Positions 27,204 through 37,153 of a DNA stretch of 39,508 nucleotides are shown piece after piece; the first letter of the stretch is position 1, and every line of letters starts with the position of its first letter. Source of the DNA: Candidatus Dojkabacteria bacterium (lineage in GTDB: Bacteria; Patescibacteriota; Dojkabacteria; B142; OLB20); contig JBHHUN010000008.1 in NCBI GenBank assembly GCA_046753765.1, forward strand, positions 1 through 39,508, given 5' to 3'. The notes beneath the pieces are model-generated. The model was not told where the DNA came from. It made no database searches and saw nothing but the letters and a program-made list of their open reading frames with translations. The position numbers were made by a program, and so were the translations under genes.

Positions 27204-28487
27204 TCAGCTTTGCAGTTGAACAAATCCCGCAACTGCTGCCCCTCTCAGCCCAGAGTCTTTTACAGCTTTTATCCTGATCGTAGTTCCGTTTAGTATCCGT
27301 GACATCTTTTGCACTAGCATCTCCTGAAATCCAGGGACGAAGTTTATGACCGATCCGTCAGCTGCAACAATAAGCTCGTGCTCGGAGCCACCAAACTTTA
27401 CAGCACCTGCAAGCTCCGCCGCGACTAGATCTGTCGCTCTGTCAATAAGTTGTTCTGCTATTTTTGTTAAGTATTCACGCTGCATCTGCGATAGCTGGAT
27501 ACCACCTCTCTCTTCAATCGTATCGTAGTCTCCTTTTAAGATCATAGAGATCAGTTCACCCTCAATCTTGCGGAAAGCCCTGAACATATTCATATCTCCC
27601 TCGCCAACAATTGCCATAGCATAAAGCAGAAGCTTGTAAAGATACCCACCAGCAATCTGAATCTCTGAAAACTTCTTAAGATCAACACTCTCCTCTTCAG
27701 ACAAATTCAGTCTCTCTAACTTGAGTCTGAGATCCTCAAGATACAGCCTGGCTGGTTTTGAGAGAGACTTCATTATCTGCTTAACTCTAAAATATGCAGA
27801 TTCAGTGTTGTAGATATTTCCGTGCGTATCAGTGATTCCAATATTGTATCCTGTTCCAACCACTACCGAGGCAGAGGCTTCCTGGTCTGCAAGCAGCAAC
27901 GCAACAACATCATTGAGTGTAACCCACTTTTCGAAGGCAATACCTGATGCTACAAAGCCATTGCGAAGCCTTTCGGAGATATTAACTGAGGAGCCACGCA
28001 CAATGAATCCTTTACCCCAATCATCACTGTGCCCTTCCCTGCTGGCATCGATGTGGCTATTATTTTTAACAATTTTGGCAGGATAGGAAAAAGTAAACCC
28101 CAGAGCTTCCGGTCTGACCTGCCCATATCTCTCAAGAAACTTTTTTACATACTCACCAACATATTTACTGTATTCGTCCATAGCCAATTCTGTGCCTCTA
28201 AATTGATTGTGTTCTATCTCTGTTCCTTCAACTAATTTCACCTTTCCACTCATTAGTCTGTACAGACCCAACCGAACATTTGTACCACCAATGTCCATTG
28301 CCAGTACCGTTGCATCCGTAGGCGTCAGATCACGCTTTGCCAAGTGGCTGGGAAACATAGATAGAGTTGAATCGCCAGATTTACCTATTGCATTGCTGGC
28401 ATGGGTTTGATAGTCGGCAGCGAGCTGCTTTAACTCAGAAAGAGTGAAAGATTCAAGCTTAAGATCAACGAAGTCAACCAGTCCCAT
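27204..28487 (-). CDS. Hexokinase (eukaryote-type hexokinase family)
   Basis: LAMDIGGTNVR, GFTFSYP, WGKGF, LNDVV, VVGTGYN, NTES, DGSV, SGLRGAA. Confidence 0.85.
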   Translation of the reverse strand: MGLVDFVDLKLESFTLSELKQLAADYQTHASNAIGKSGDSTLSMFPSHLAKRDLTPTDATVLAMDIGGTNVRLGLYRLMSGKVKLVEGTEIEHNQFRGTELAMDEYSKYVGEYVKKFLERYGQVRPEALGFTFSYPAKIVKNNSHIDASREGHSDDWGKGFIVRGSSVNISERLRNGFVASGIAFEKWVTLNDVVALLLADQEASASVVVGTGYNIGITDTHGNIYNTESAYFRVKQIMKSLSKPARLYLEDLRLKLERLNLSEEESVDLKKFSEIQIAGGYLYKLLLYAMAIVGEGDMNMFRAFRKIEGELISMILKGDYDTIEERGGIQLSQMQREYLTKIAEQLIDRATDLVAAELAGAVKFGGSEHELIVAADGSVINFVPGFQEMLVQKMSRILNGTTIRIKAVKDSGLRGAAVAGFVQLQS

Positions 28488-28527
28488 TTAAATTCCATTA
28501 TTTGTACCAGTATACTAATTTGAAGCC

Positions 28528-29394
28528 TTATAGCAAGATGAAACGGAGGTTGTCACTGTTGTCAGCATTCTCAGGTAGTTGCTCAAACTGCCAGTCTACC
28601 AATAGATAGTATCCCTCGGGTGAGCCAGTGACGGTACCATCCTGATCTTTGGTCAGCAGCCCCGAAGCGAGTAGATGCTTCCCGGGTTGATCCGAATCTG
28701 GGGTGTACTTGACCCAGATTTCATCCCCGTTGCCTGCGGCCTCAAGAAAAGTTGGGATAAGGCGGGAGAATTTGTAAATCAACCTGAAAATGTTATCTGC
28801 CTTGGGTTTGATATCAACGCCGACAATACTCGCATTCACTCCAGGCACACTTACACTAGTTTTAACCGCGGGGATAAAGATGTCTCCACTACCATCATTA
28901 ACCGCTACAGCCTGAGGTTTAATTATCACCTCTCTGTCCTCAAAAAAGCCCCAGGTTGTATTTACAGAGATCATCTTGCTCTCGGGAAGTGATCCATTGG
29001 CTTTAATCGTGACTTCAGACACTTGTGAGAGTGGTGGATAAGCTTGGGATGAAAGTTGGGCGACGTTAATCGTTTTTGAGACACAGATATCGCAGATCTG
29101 TTCACCGGAACCCTTCGTACCATCCTCATTACTATCTAAAAAAATTTGAATCCTCCTGGTTGATAACCCCTCCACATGCTCCGGAATAGATGTAGGTGAG
29201 GGTGTGGGTGTAGACGTCCCTTCAATGGCTTCCTCAGGTTTACCTGTTGTCTCGTCAGTCGGGGTTGTCTCTGTACGAACGTTAATAAAGTAGCCGATAG
29301 CTACAAATACTGCTGCCACAATTAGAAACAGCACAAAAAACTTGGGACTTGTGCTACCTTTTTTTCTTACACGCTTCGCTGGAGTGTCATCCAT
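28528..29394 (-). CDS. Single-TM surface protein, hypothetical
   Basis: TM, TPTP linker, FLDSNEDGTKGSGE (SdrD-like motif). Confidence 0.6.
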   Translation of the reverse strand: MDDTPAKRVRKKGSTSPKFFVLFLIVAAVFVAIGYFINVRTETTPTDETTGKPEEAIEGTSTPTPSPTSIPEHVEGLSTRRIQIFLDSNEDGTKGSGEQICDICVSKTINVAQLSSQAYPPLSQVSEVTIKANGSLPESKMISVNTTWGFFEDREVIIKPQAVAVNDGSGDIFIPAVKTSVSVPGVNASIVGVDIKPKADNIFRLIYKFSRLIPTFLEAAGNGDEIWVKYTPDSDQPGKHLLASGLLTKDQDGTVTGSPEGYYLLVDWQFEQLPENADNSDNLRFILL

Positions 29395-29553
29395 TTGTAG
29401 TTGAATCTTCAAACAAAAGAAGGCAATAGCCTTCGCGAATCATTAAATAACCTATTTTTTGATATAATGCAACATAACCCGGTGAGATTTCGCAATTTTA
29501 GAAATCGTTAAGAATTCTGAGTTACAATCGCCCCAAATTTTACCACAAAGCCC

Positions 29554-30228
29554 ATGAGTTCGATCCTGATTATTGAAGACAATGTTTCCTTAGCTGAAAG
29601 CATCAAAGAATACCTGGGCAACAAAAGTTACAGTGTAACACTTTGTCCCGATGGCGAATCAGGTCTAGAAGTCGCCAGAGAGAGAGAATTTGATCTAGTT
29701 GTGCTTGATCTGATGCTTCCCGGCAGAGATGGGATTTCTGTTTTAAAAAGTATGAGACTCGAAGATATTGATGCGCCATTACTCATTCTAAGTAGTAAAA
29801 GTGAGCTGGATGAAATCTGTGAAGGGCTTGAACACGGAGCAGATGCGTATCTTACTAAGCCGTTTAGTATAAGGGAGCTGAAGGCACGTGTTGACGCATT
29901 GCTCAAACGTCCTCCAACACTAAGATCTGCAGTGATAAAGATTGGAGACCTCACTATCGATACAAACACACAACTTATTTTCCAGGACCAAAAACAGATA
30001 GTTTTGCGCAAAAGGGAGTTTGAAATCGTTCGCTTTTTGGCAAAAAATGCAGGAAGAATTATCACTCGTGATCAGTTACTCAATAATATCTGGGATCCGG
30101 CAAGTGAACCATACTACGGAACAATCGATGTACACATCAGCAACATAAGGAGAAAATTCTCACAACAAGGAAAGAACGATCTTATCGAAACCGTTCATGG
30201 AAGAGGGTATATGATCACACCTGCTTGA
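29554..30228 (+). CDS. OmpR/PhoB-family response regulator
   Basis: ILIIED, LDLMLPGRDG, GADAYLTKPF, IETVHGRGY. Confidence 0.95.
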   Translation: MSSILIIEDNVSLAESIKEYLGNKSYSVTLCPDGESGLEVAREREFDLVVLDLMLPGRDGISVLKSMRLEDIDAPLLILSSKSELDEICEGLEHGADAYLTKPFSIRELKARVDALLKRPPTLRSAVIKIGDLTIDTNTQLIFQDQKQIVLRKREFEIVRFLAKNAGRIITRDQLLNNIWDPASEPYYGTIDVHISNIRRKFSQQGKNDLIETVHGRGYMITPA

Positions 30229-30814
30229 GACCGTAGTACGCTGCATATAGTCTCTGGATAATGGTGACAAGACCAAACGCAGACAAAACAATCATACCTA
30301 GCTCCGGAACATTAAAACCCATCACCTCTGTATCGGGTAGCACTGTATAAACTAGAAGAGATAAAGCAATAATAAGAATACGCTCTGGTCTTTCGATAAT
30401 GCCTATATCAAATTTCAGCTTCACTTTCGAGGCGAGTTCAGCGCGGGAGCGTATATAACTAGTTAAATAGGCTGTTACAAAAGCGGCTATCACAATCTCC
30501 CACCTTACCAAACCCGCAAACCCAAATGCTGTTATAAGTAAAGCGTCGGTAAAACGGTCTACAGTAGAGTCAAGTAAGCCGCCAAAGGCACTAACCTTTC
30601 CTTTCTTTCTTGCAACAATACCGTCAAAAAAATCAAGCCCAAAGCCAATCGTGCTGATGAGTGCTGCAATGTAGAAACCTTCGAACAAAAAGACAAAAAA
30701 TAAAATCGCGGGTATAATACTCGAGAGAGTAATAATATTAGGATCAAGTTTAAGTAGTGGACCGGCAACAGCAGCAGTCTTTGGCTCAATTGCAGGTTTT
30801 AATTTGCTAAACAT
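30215..30814 (-). CDS. CDP-alcohol phosphatidyltransferase (PIP/AIP synthase-like)
   Basis: DFFDGIVAR..G..SAFGGLLDSTVDR signature, SYIRSRAE, GIIERPER. Confidence 0.9.
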   Translation of the reverse strand: MFSKLKPAIEPKTAAVAGPLLKLDPNIITLSSIIPAILFFVFLFEGFYIAALISTIGFGLDFFDGIVARKKGKVSAFGGLLDSTVDRFTDALLITAFGFAGLVRWEIVIAAFVTAYLTSYIRSRAELASKVKLKFDIGIIERPERILIIALSLLVYTVLPDTEVMGFNVPELGMIVLSAFGLVTIIQRLYAAYYGLKQV

Positions 30815-30868
30815 ATGTTAGTCTCTAGATTTTAGAATTTGACGTTATTGTAGCATTACTTGAGTACG

Positions 30869-31804
30869 ATGGAGGATACCAAATTTGAGACAAAATTGCA
30901 GCGTTATGCGATATATTCTCCAAAAGAGATAAACGAGTCCCCAATCGATTATATCTTCGATGGCCTTAAGCTTGAGATGTTTGGTAAAGGTATGCAGGCT
31001 CGCACCTATAAAATCAAAGGGAAAGACTGGGTCGTCAAAGAAGGAAGGTGGGATTTGGACCTCTCGGTACTGTTTGGCGGTAGCAATATTCCGTTTCCGG
31101 CGACAATCACTGCAAAGGTAATGAATCTTTTCTCATTTACCTTTCTACCTGACAAAAAAGAAATTGCATATCAATATAAGATGTACCTGACTTTCGTGAA
31201 GTACTTTGGTTACTTCCGTAAAGACGGACGGTATTTCCATCCGCAGAGATCACTGTTGCTCGGAGAGCAGAAGCGAATACGTGATTCACTCTTAGATCTT
31301 AAGCCGAAGATCGAAAAGAAGTACAAACTCAAATTTAATAACAAGATCGACAAAATCCTCACTTCCAACCACAAGTACCACAATTTTTTACCAAAGGAGT
31401 ACTTACTTTTTGGGCAAAGTATCTCACCTGAAAACAAGGGTAAACCAACTTATTTCATCGTTCAGGAATTTATCAAAGGAGAACTTCTACACGATACCGA
31501 AAATGAAGAGCTATCAGATCAGGTTTTAAGCCAGTTGATTATTCTAATCTATCTGATACTTGTGATGCATATGAAAGACCATCTGCTGCCTGACACAAGG
31601 CCGAGATATCCGCTGCTTGAAGCTAATGATTGGCTCACCAAAACCGACAACATCATTGTTTCAAAAAAACGACTGACATTTATTGACACAAGGTGGTTCT
31701 GGGACACAAGGGGGAACTTCATAAAAAGGGGCGGAATCATTCCGGTACAGATTATCAGGCTCGCAAAATACTATTTAACATATCTTTTGGATGATGTTGC
31801 ATAA
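30869..31804 (+). CDS. Hypothetical protein with protein-kinase-like motifs
   Basis: FGKGMQ..Y..WVVKE, QEFIKG, PD..DNIIV, FID. Confidence 0.55.
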   Translation: MEDTKFETKLQRYAIYSPKEINESPIDYIFDGLKLEMFGKGMQARTYKIKGKDWVVKEGRWDLDLSVLFGGSNIPFPATITAKVMNLFSFTFLPDKKEIAYQYKMYLTFVKYFGYFRKDGRYFHPQRSLLLGEQKRIRDSLLDLKPKIEKKYKLKFNNKIDKILTSNHKYHNFLPKEYLLFGQSISPENKGKPTYFIVQEFIKGELLHDTENEELSDQVLSQLIILIYLILVMHMKDHLLPDTRPRYPLLEANDWLTKTDNIIVSKKRLTFIDTRWFWDTRGNFIKRGGIIPVQIIRLAKYYLTYLLDDVA

Positions 31805-32348
31805 ACTGTTCTTTGTAATCTGGTTTTTTCTACCGGCCGCACTTGCTAATACTGCCCCAGTTGTTGTTTCGAAAGTTCCATTCCTGAAGAAGTTCACTCA
31901 ACCAGTCGATTTCGGAAAAAGCTGGAGAGGAAAAAGAATCTTTGGTGACCACAAAACGATACGTGGTTTTGTAGCAGGTATACTCACTGGAATAGGGATC
32001 GCGCTGTTACAATTACACTTTTATAATGCATCCGCTGATCTGCGCGATCTAATTCCGATCGATTATAATGAACTCAATGTAGCATTATTCGGAGGTATCA
32101 GCGCTTTTGGCGCCCTGCTGGGAGATTCTGTAAAAAGCTTTTTTAAGAGGCGCTCAGGGGTTAAGCCTGGACAATCCTGGTTTCCATTTGATCAGGTCGA
32201 CTATATTTTTGGAGGGGTGCTTGCTACGATGCTATTCCTTCGCCTTGAATATGTCGATTACCTCTTGCTCTTCGTTGTATATTTCATCCTCCACCCACTC
32301 TCAACAGTCACCGGTTATCTGCTTAAGCTAAAAGACTCTCCAATATAA
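31791..32348 (+). CDS. CDP-archaeol synthase (CarS)-like cytidylyltransferase
   Basis: PA.LAN..PV, PVDFG..IFGDHKT.RG, GD..KSFFKRR, PFDQVD. Confidence 0.88.
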   Translation: MMLHKLFFVIWFFLPAALANTAPVVVSKVPFLKKFTQPVDFGKSWRGKRIFGDHKTIRGFVAGILTGIGIALLQLHFYNASADLRDLIPIDYNELNVALFGGISAFGALLGDSVKSFFKRRSGVKPGQSWFPFDQVDYIFGGVLATMLFLRLEYVDYLLLFVVYFILHPLSTVTGYLLKLKDSPI

Positions 32349-32671
32349 TGCGTATCGGGATCGACATTGTTGATATTGACGACTTTCGAGATCAGCTTAG
32401 CAAGACTTCCGGTGGATTGGCCAAGAAACTTTTCAGTGCAAGCGAGCTATCAGATAGAAGCACTCAGAGCCTCGCCGGAATATTCGCTGCCAAGGAAGCG
32501 ATTATCAAAACAGGACTTTTCACGAAAGGTGAGTGGCTGAAAATCAAACTCGCAAACGACGCTGACGGTAAACCGAAGCTTCGCAATAAGCTCCAGGCTG
32601 GAACCAAACTGGATATTTCAATCTCACACACAGAGAAAACTGCCGTTGCTGTCGCCATACTCCACAGTTAA
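32348..32671 (+). CDS. acpS: Holo-ACP synthase (4'-phosphopantetheinyl transferase)
   Basis: GIDIV, AGIFAAKEAIIK, GKP, ISISH..AVA. Confidence 0.9.
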   Translation: MRIGIDIVDIDDFRDQLSKTSGGLAKKLFSASELSDRSTQSLAGIFAAKEAIIKTGLFTKGEWLKIKLANDADGKPKLRNKLQAGTKLDISISHTEKTAVAVAILHS

Positions 32672-35205
32672 CGGAGTTGGTACTTCTCTTTCAGCCCCAA
32701 GATCGATTCCCAGATCATTTTCTTAGCCGCATCATCGTTAGTAAAGCTCTCTACCTTAAAGCTGTCACCGACAGCAACAGATACATCTCTGTCAGCTGAG
32801 AAGTTAGGGATGTACTTTGTCGGTGTATCGGGAGTAAAAATCTTCGACCACGTCTGTTCGATGTAACATGGAACAATTGGAATATCAGTTGCTTTCGCTA
32901 TAAAGGCTGCGCCGTCCCTAACCTGTCTTATGTCATCATCGTTGAGAGTATTCTCACCCATGGGTACAATTAACATTGACATACCCTTATCCAAGAGTGT
33001 CCCAATTTTTTCGAATGTTTCTTTGATGTGACTCCCGCTTTTATCCACCGGTATTGCGCCGGCAAAGATCTCCTCTAGGAAGCCATATTTTATTCTGTCG
33101 ATCCCCTTCCAAAATTGAGATGATGCCACCAGAAAAGTGTTTCTAAGCTCACGATTATTAAGTGCAGACATAATAGTCAGAAGGTCATAGGGCCCTGGGT
33201 GGTTGGCAATGTATATCGCCTGCTTCTGTCGTAATTTATCAGCGTTGATGACTTTAACATTTGTTACAAGTCTTAGCCCGGGAAAGATTAACAAGCGAAG
33301 AGCGATAACGCGTATCAACTTTATAAACCATCCAAACTGCCATCCAGCGAGCTCAATGTTGTGTTTGTTGACTTTTGGACTAGCTTTGACAAGCTCACAC
33401 AGATCTTCAAATGTTGTGTTGGCATCGATCTGATTCTCGTCAATTTCTGTTGAAAACTCTTCCTCCAGAAGAGTGATTATAGAAAGTCGCTTCAACGAAT
33501 CAATCTTTAAATCTCTCCCCAGAACAGAGTTTTTCTTAACTCTATTGAGTGGCAGTGAGCATACAAATGCAACGATGTCCCTCGTTTTCGTCAGTTCAAT
33601 AGGACTCCCTTTATCATCTTTTGTAAATGTTTCAATAATACCCTTCTCTATTATCTCCCGTGCTTTCTCCTCTATTCTTTTACGGATCACCTTGAGAGTT
33701 GGTGTCCGGGGAAAGTCTTCTTCAGGCCACTCCACCTGATAACTTATCTTTTGACTTACTTCAAGCTTTTGATTCGCCCTCTCAATCAAGCGGTCGATAT
33801 CTGAGTTTGGCCGATCAGGTATGATCGTTGCTGCAACAAACACTGTCTTATTTTCAAGATAGGGAAAAACAACGGCATCTTTAATGCCTTTAATCTGGCG
33901 CAACTGATATTCGATGTCTTCGGGGTAAACCTTTTCGCCAGTCGACAGAACGATTCTAAACTTCTGCCTTCCCTTGAGGACAAGATTTCCGTTCTCATCA
34001 AACGCACCGATATCCCCTGTTTTGAAGTATCCTTCTGAGTCAAACACCTGCTTATTTAGGTCATCCCTCTCATAGTACCCGGAGAAAACGACATCCCCCT
34101 TTATTAAGACTTCACCTTCGTCTGTAAATTTGATATCAATGCCAGGGATTGGTTTACCTGAAGATCCGATAACGTTATTTTCCGGGGTGTTCATGGTTAC
34201 TACAGCAGTTGTTTCTGTAAGGCCGTAGCCTTCAATGATATCTACCCCAAATAAGCTCCAGATCCTCTGAACCCTTTTATCGATCTTAGCTCCACCAAGT
34301 GTCACCATCTCCAGTTTTCCACCAAACTGTTTGAGTATCGGGGAAAAAAGTATCCGTCTGCCGAACCTCGGCAGATATACACTTATCCGCAGCATGAGGC
34401 CAAACAACCAGCCCATTTTGAACCGCTTGAATTTGTAGATAATCCTGTTGGTAAAGGTTTTGAGAGCTTCTGGTACAAGCACAAGGTGTGTAACCTTATA
34501 CTCATTTAGCGATGTTGAGATTACCGAAGAGGTTAATCTACTGACATAAAATATCGTCACACCATACTTCAGTGGGTATATTAGACTGACAATCTGTTCG
34601 TAGATATGGCTGTATGGGAGTATCGAAAGCATTCTTGAGTGCTTCTTTATCGAGATCGCCTGCTGGAGAGTCTCTACCTCAGTGATGAAGTTTTTACGAT
34701 TTAGCATCACCCCCTTGGGTTCACCCGTTGTGCCCGAAGTGAACATAATCTCAAGGAGGTCATCGCCCTTTAGATCTGTTCTAAATTCGGCTTCGTCAAG
34801 GTTGCGAGCATAATCGAAGATGTGTTCAATATTAACAACCTCTATATCGGTGCCAACCAGTGATGGCAGGAAAGTCGATTTCAGTATCAGATCAGGTTTG
34901 ATCCAACTTAAGTATTTTCCTATGAGGTCAGTAGATGACTGCACACTTGCGGGCACTACCACAATCCCCTCCAAAATGCAGGCAAGATATGCAAGTGTCC
35001 ATTCTGGCATGTTGGGTGCCCAAAACAGCACCTTGCTCCCCTTATCGAGCTTTTTGGACTTAAAATACGTGATCAGCGTGCGGATCAACTCGAGTGATTG
35101 GGCGTAAGTATACCCTGAGTAAAAATACTCGCGTTTAATCTTAAGTAACAGGTGCTCAGGGTGTCTCTGAAGTGACTGAACGATGTACTCGCCTAGCTTA
35201 TCCAT
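32668..35205 (-). CDS. Fused long-chain acyl-AMP ligase / acyl carrier / PlsC-type acyltransferase
   Basis: FTSGTTGEPKG, GYGLTET, FKTGDIG; IDSL carrier serine; ANHPGPYD (NHx4D). Confidence 0.88.
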   Translation of the reverse strand: MDKLGEYIVQSLQRHPEHLLLKIKREYFYSGYTYAQSLELIRTLITYFKSKKLDKGSKVLFWAPNMPEWTLAYLACILEGIVVVPASVQSSTDLIGKYLSWIKPDLILKSTFLPSLVGTDIEVVNIEHIFDYARNLDEAEFRTDLKGDDLLEIMFTSGTTGEPKGVMLNRKNFITEVETLQQAISIKKHSRMLSILPYSHIYEQIVSLIYPLKYGVTIFYVSRLTSSVISTSLNEYKVTHLVLVPEALKTFTNRIIYKFKRFKMGWLFGLMLRISVYLPRFGRRILFSPILKQFGGKLEMVTLGGAKIDKRVQRIWSLFGVDIIEGYGLTETTAVVTMNTPENNVIGSSGKPIPGIDIKFTDEGEVLIKGDVVFSGYYERDDLNKQVFDSEGYFKTGDIGAFDENGNLVLKGRQKFRIVLSTGEKVYPEDIEYQLRQIKGIKDAVVFPYLENKTVFVAATIIPDRPNSDIDRLIERANQKLEVSQKISYQVEWPEEDFPRTPTLKVIRKRIEEKAREIIEKGIIETFTKDDKGSPIELTKTRDIVAFVCSLPLNRVKKNSVLGRDLKIDSLKRLSIITLLEEEFSTEIDENQIDANTTFEDLCELVKASPKVNKHNIELAGWQFGWFIKLIRVIALRLLIFPGLRLVTNVKVINADKLRQKQAIYIANHPGPYDLLTIMSALNNRELRNTFLVASSQFWKGIDRIKYGFLEEIFAGAIPVDKSGSHIKETFEKIGTLLDKGMSMLIVPMGENTLNDDDIRQVRDGAAFIAKATDIPIVPCYIEQTWSKIFTPDTPTKYIPNFSADRDVSVAVGDSFKVESFTNDDAAKKMIWESILGLKEKYQLR

Positions 35206-35244
35206 AAATACCACTATACAGTACCCCGGGATATTATCAAGCGA

Positions 35245-35928
35245 CTACTTTGCGGGGAACGTAACCGTGAAAGAGGCTCCTGCAGGCACGAGGTTGCTCA
35301 CTGAAATCCTTGCATTCATTTCAGAGAAGATCTCTGCAGCTGTGTACAAGCCACGCCCTCTGTTTTTAGATTTGCTTGAGACAACACTCCTGAACAATTC
35401 CTTCCTGACCTTTTTAGAGATACCAGGGCCTGAATCGCTAATCCGCATAGTAAACTCTTTTGGGGTTCGAGTTGTGGATACTTTTATCATCTTTGGCTCT
35501 CTCTTACTATTTTCGAGCGCCTCAATAGAGTTCAGCAGCAGGTTTGATACAGCCCTTTGGAACGTCGAAAGGCTGGCTGTGAGCATTTTGTCATCATTAA
35601 AGTCTGCCTCAATGAGTATACCAGCAAGGCTACATCGCAATTCAAAGAAGCTCAGGAGCTTTGACAGCTCACTCACTACAGAAAAAGAGCTCTTGATAGC
35701 ACCGTCAGAACGCCCCTGTCTTGAATCTACAATGATTCTGTTCACCTGATTGATGCCGATCATTGCCTTTTCAAGTTTTTCAACAAGTAGCGACTTCTGG
35801 TCGTCCTTGAGCTCTTCATAAACAAGATCAAGGCTGATCTGAACAATCGTCAGAGGGTTTGCAATATCGTGGAGCAGTCTTTGCATTTTATCTGTATATG
35901 GTTTTTTGTTTTTCTTTTCTGCCTGCAT
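35245..35928 (-). CDS. Cytoplasmic histidine kinase lacking a sensor domain
   Basis: HDIANPL, NLLLNSIEA, DSGPGI, GRGLY. Confidence 0.85.
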   Translation of the reverse strand: MQAEKKNKKPYTDKMQRLLHDIANPLTIVQISLDLVYEELKDDQKSLLVEKLEKAMIGINQVNRIIVDSRQGRSDGAIKSSFSVVSELSKLLSFFELRCSLAGILIEADFNDDKMLTASLSTFQRAVSNLLLNSIEALENSKREPKMIKVSTTRTPKEFTMRISDSGPGISKKVRKELFRSVVSSKSKNRGRGLYTAAEIFSEMNARISVSNLVPAGASFTVTFPAK

Positions 35929-36047
35929 CGATCTTTTCCGCTGGATCGGGCAGTATCAGAAATATACATTTCAAAGTCATCTTTTGCATTGTGCTGCAAT
36001 ACAAATTTCGTGGAAATTTGGGTGTTTTTGTGTAATATTAAGTTGAG

Positions 36048-36935
36048 ATGCACAAATCTGAACAAGTAACACGCAGATTTCGCAAGGTAATCACTACTTT
36101 GTTACTGATCTGGTCGCTGCAATTACTTCGTGGTGACCAGCCTCTACCTGGTGGATACGAATTGCCACCAGCGGCACCGGATAAAACAGATATATTCGAT
36201 GGGAAGTACCAGGAAGGGGCATTTTCGCATCTTGGGATGATAGATATCCTGGAAGAGACACAGGAGCTTTCAACAGATCTTTCAGCACGACAGTTAGTTG
36301 CAGCCATAGGTGATCTGGCCAGACCCTGGAGCGAGAATGCCAATCCGGTAGAGTCGCTGGAAGATGAAAGCACGAAGCTGGATTTCAAGTGATAGATGGG
36401 ACTCTTGTCCCTACTGATACGGGGGGCGACCCACTTCAAAGGCTAAATACAGAAGAACTCCAACAGCTGGGAGAAGAGATGCCATGGGAGGATATTTCAA
36501 ATGATGATCTTGAAATTGAGATCTATGAACCTTACGATGATTTCTCTAATAGGGAGCGCATGGCAGAATTTGCCAGAGAAAACCCCAGTGTTGTGTTCGT
36601 AACTGCGGCTGGGAATATTCACAGCTTCGCCCCTCTTGGAGGCGAACGCCCACCAAATCTACTGACAGTCGGCGAGTTATTCCACTCCAGCATGCTTTTT
36701 TAAGACCACTGAGGTCATCTTCGGAAATGCAGATGTCTACTTTGACTTCGATAGTGTGAACGCCGAAGAATTAGTTGATTTTTTCACAATACAGTACACA
36801 CATCAGGAAACCATTAATACACATCTGGGGGTTCCTGTACGTACACCTGACGACAGATATCGTGATGCCAGTATCGAGGAGAGGACAATCAGGGTGATCG
36901 ACATTGGAGCGTTTATTGATACATACAAAAGGTGA
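36048..36935 (+). pseudogene. Probable single acidic secreted protein split by two frameshifts
   Basis: ORFs 36048-36392 and 36389-36703, plus a start-less open frame 36702-36935 following the T6 run at 36696-36701. Confidence 0.5.
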
Positions 36936-37003
36936 CTCCACACCTGCAGGATTATTCCGCGATCCAGACGAATGTGCTACAATCAATCTGCTGCAAGGCT
37001 ATT

Positions 37004-37076
37004 GCGCGAATAGCTCAATGGATAGAGCAACTGCCTTCTAAGCAGTAGGTTGCAGGTTCGAATCCTGCTTCGCGCA
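37004..37076 (+). tRNA. tRNA-Arg(TCT)
   Basis: GCGCGAA...TTCGCGC-A, anticodon arm ACTGC-CTTCTAA-GCAGT. Confidence 0.95.
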
Positions 37077-37153
37077 TATTTTTTGACTGGAACACTGATC
37101 TACTTTTGACTTTCGAAGTAATTTCTCTTATGCTTGTAGCAGAACTATTTTAA

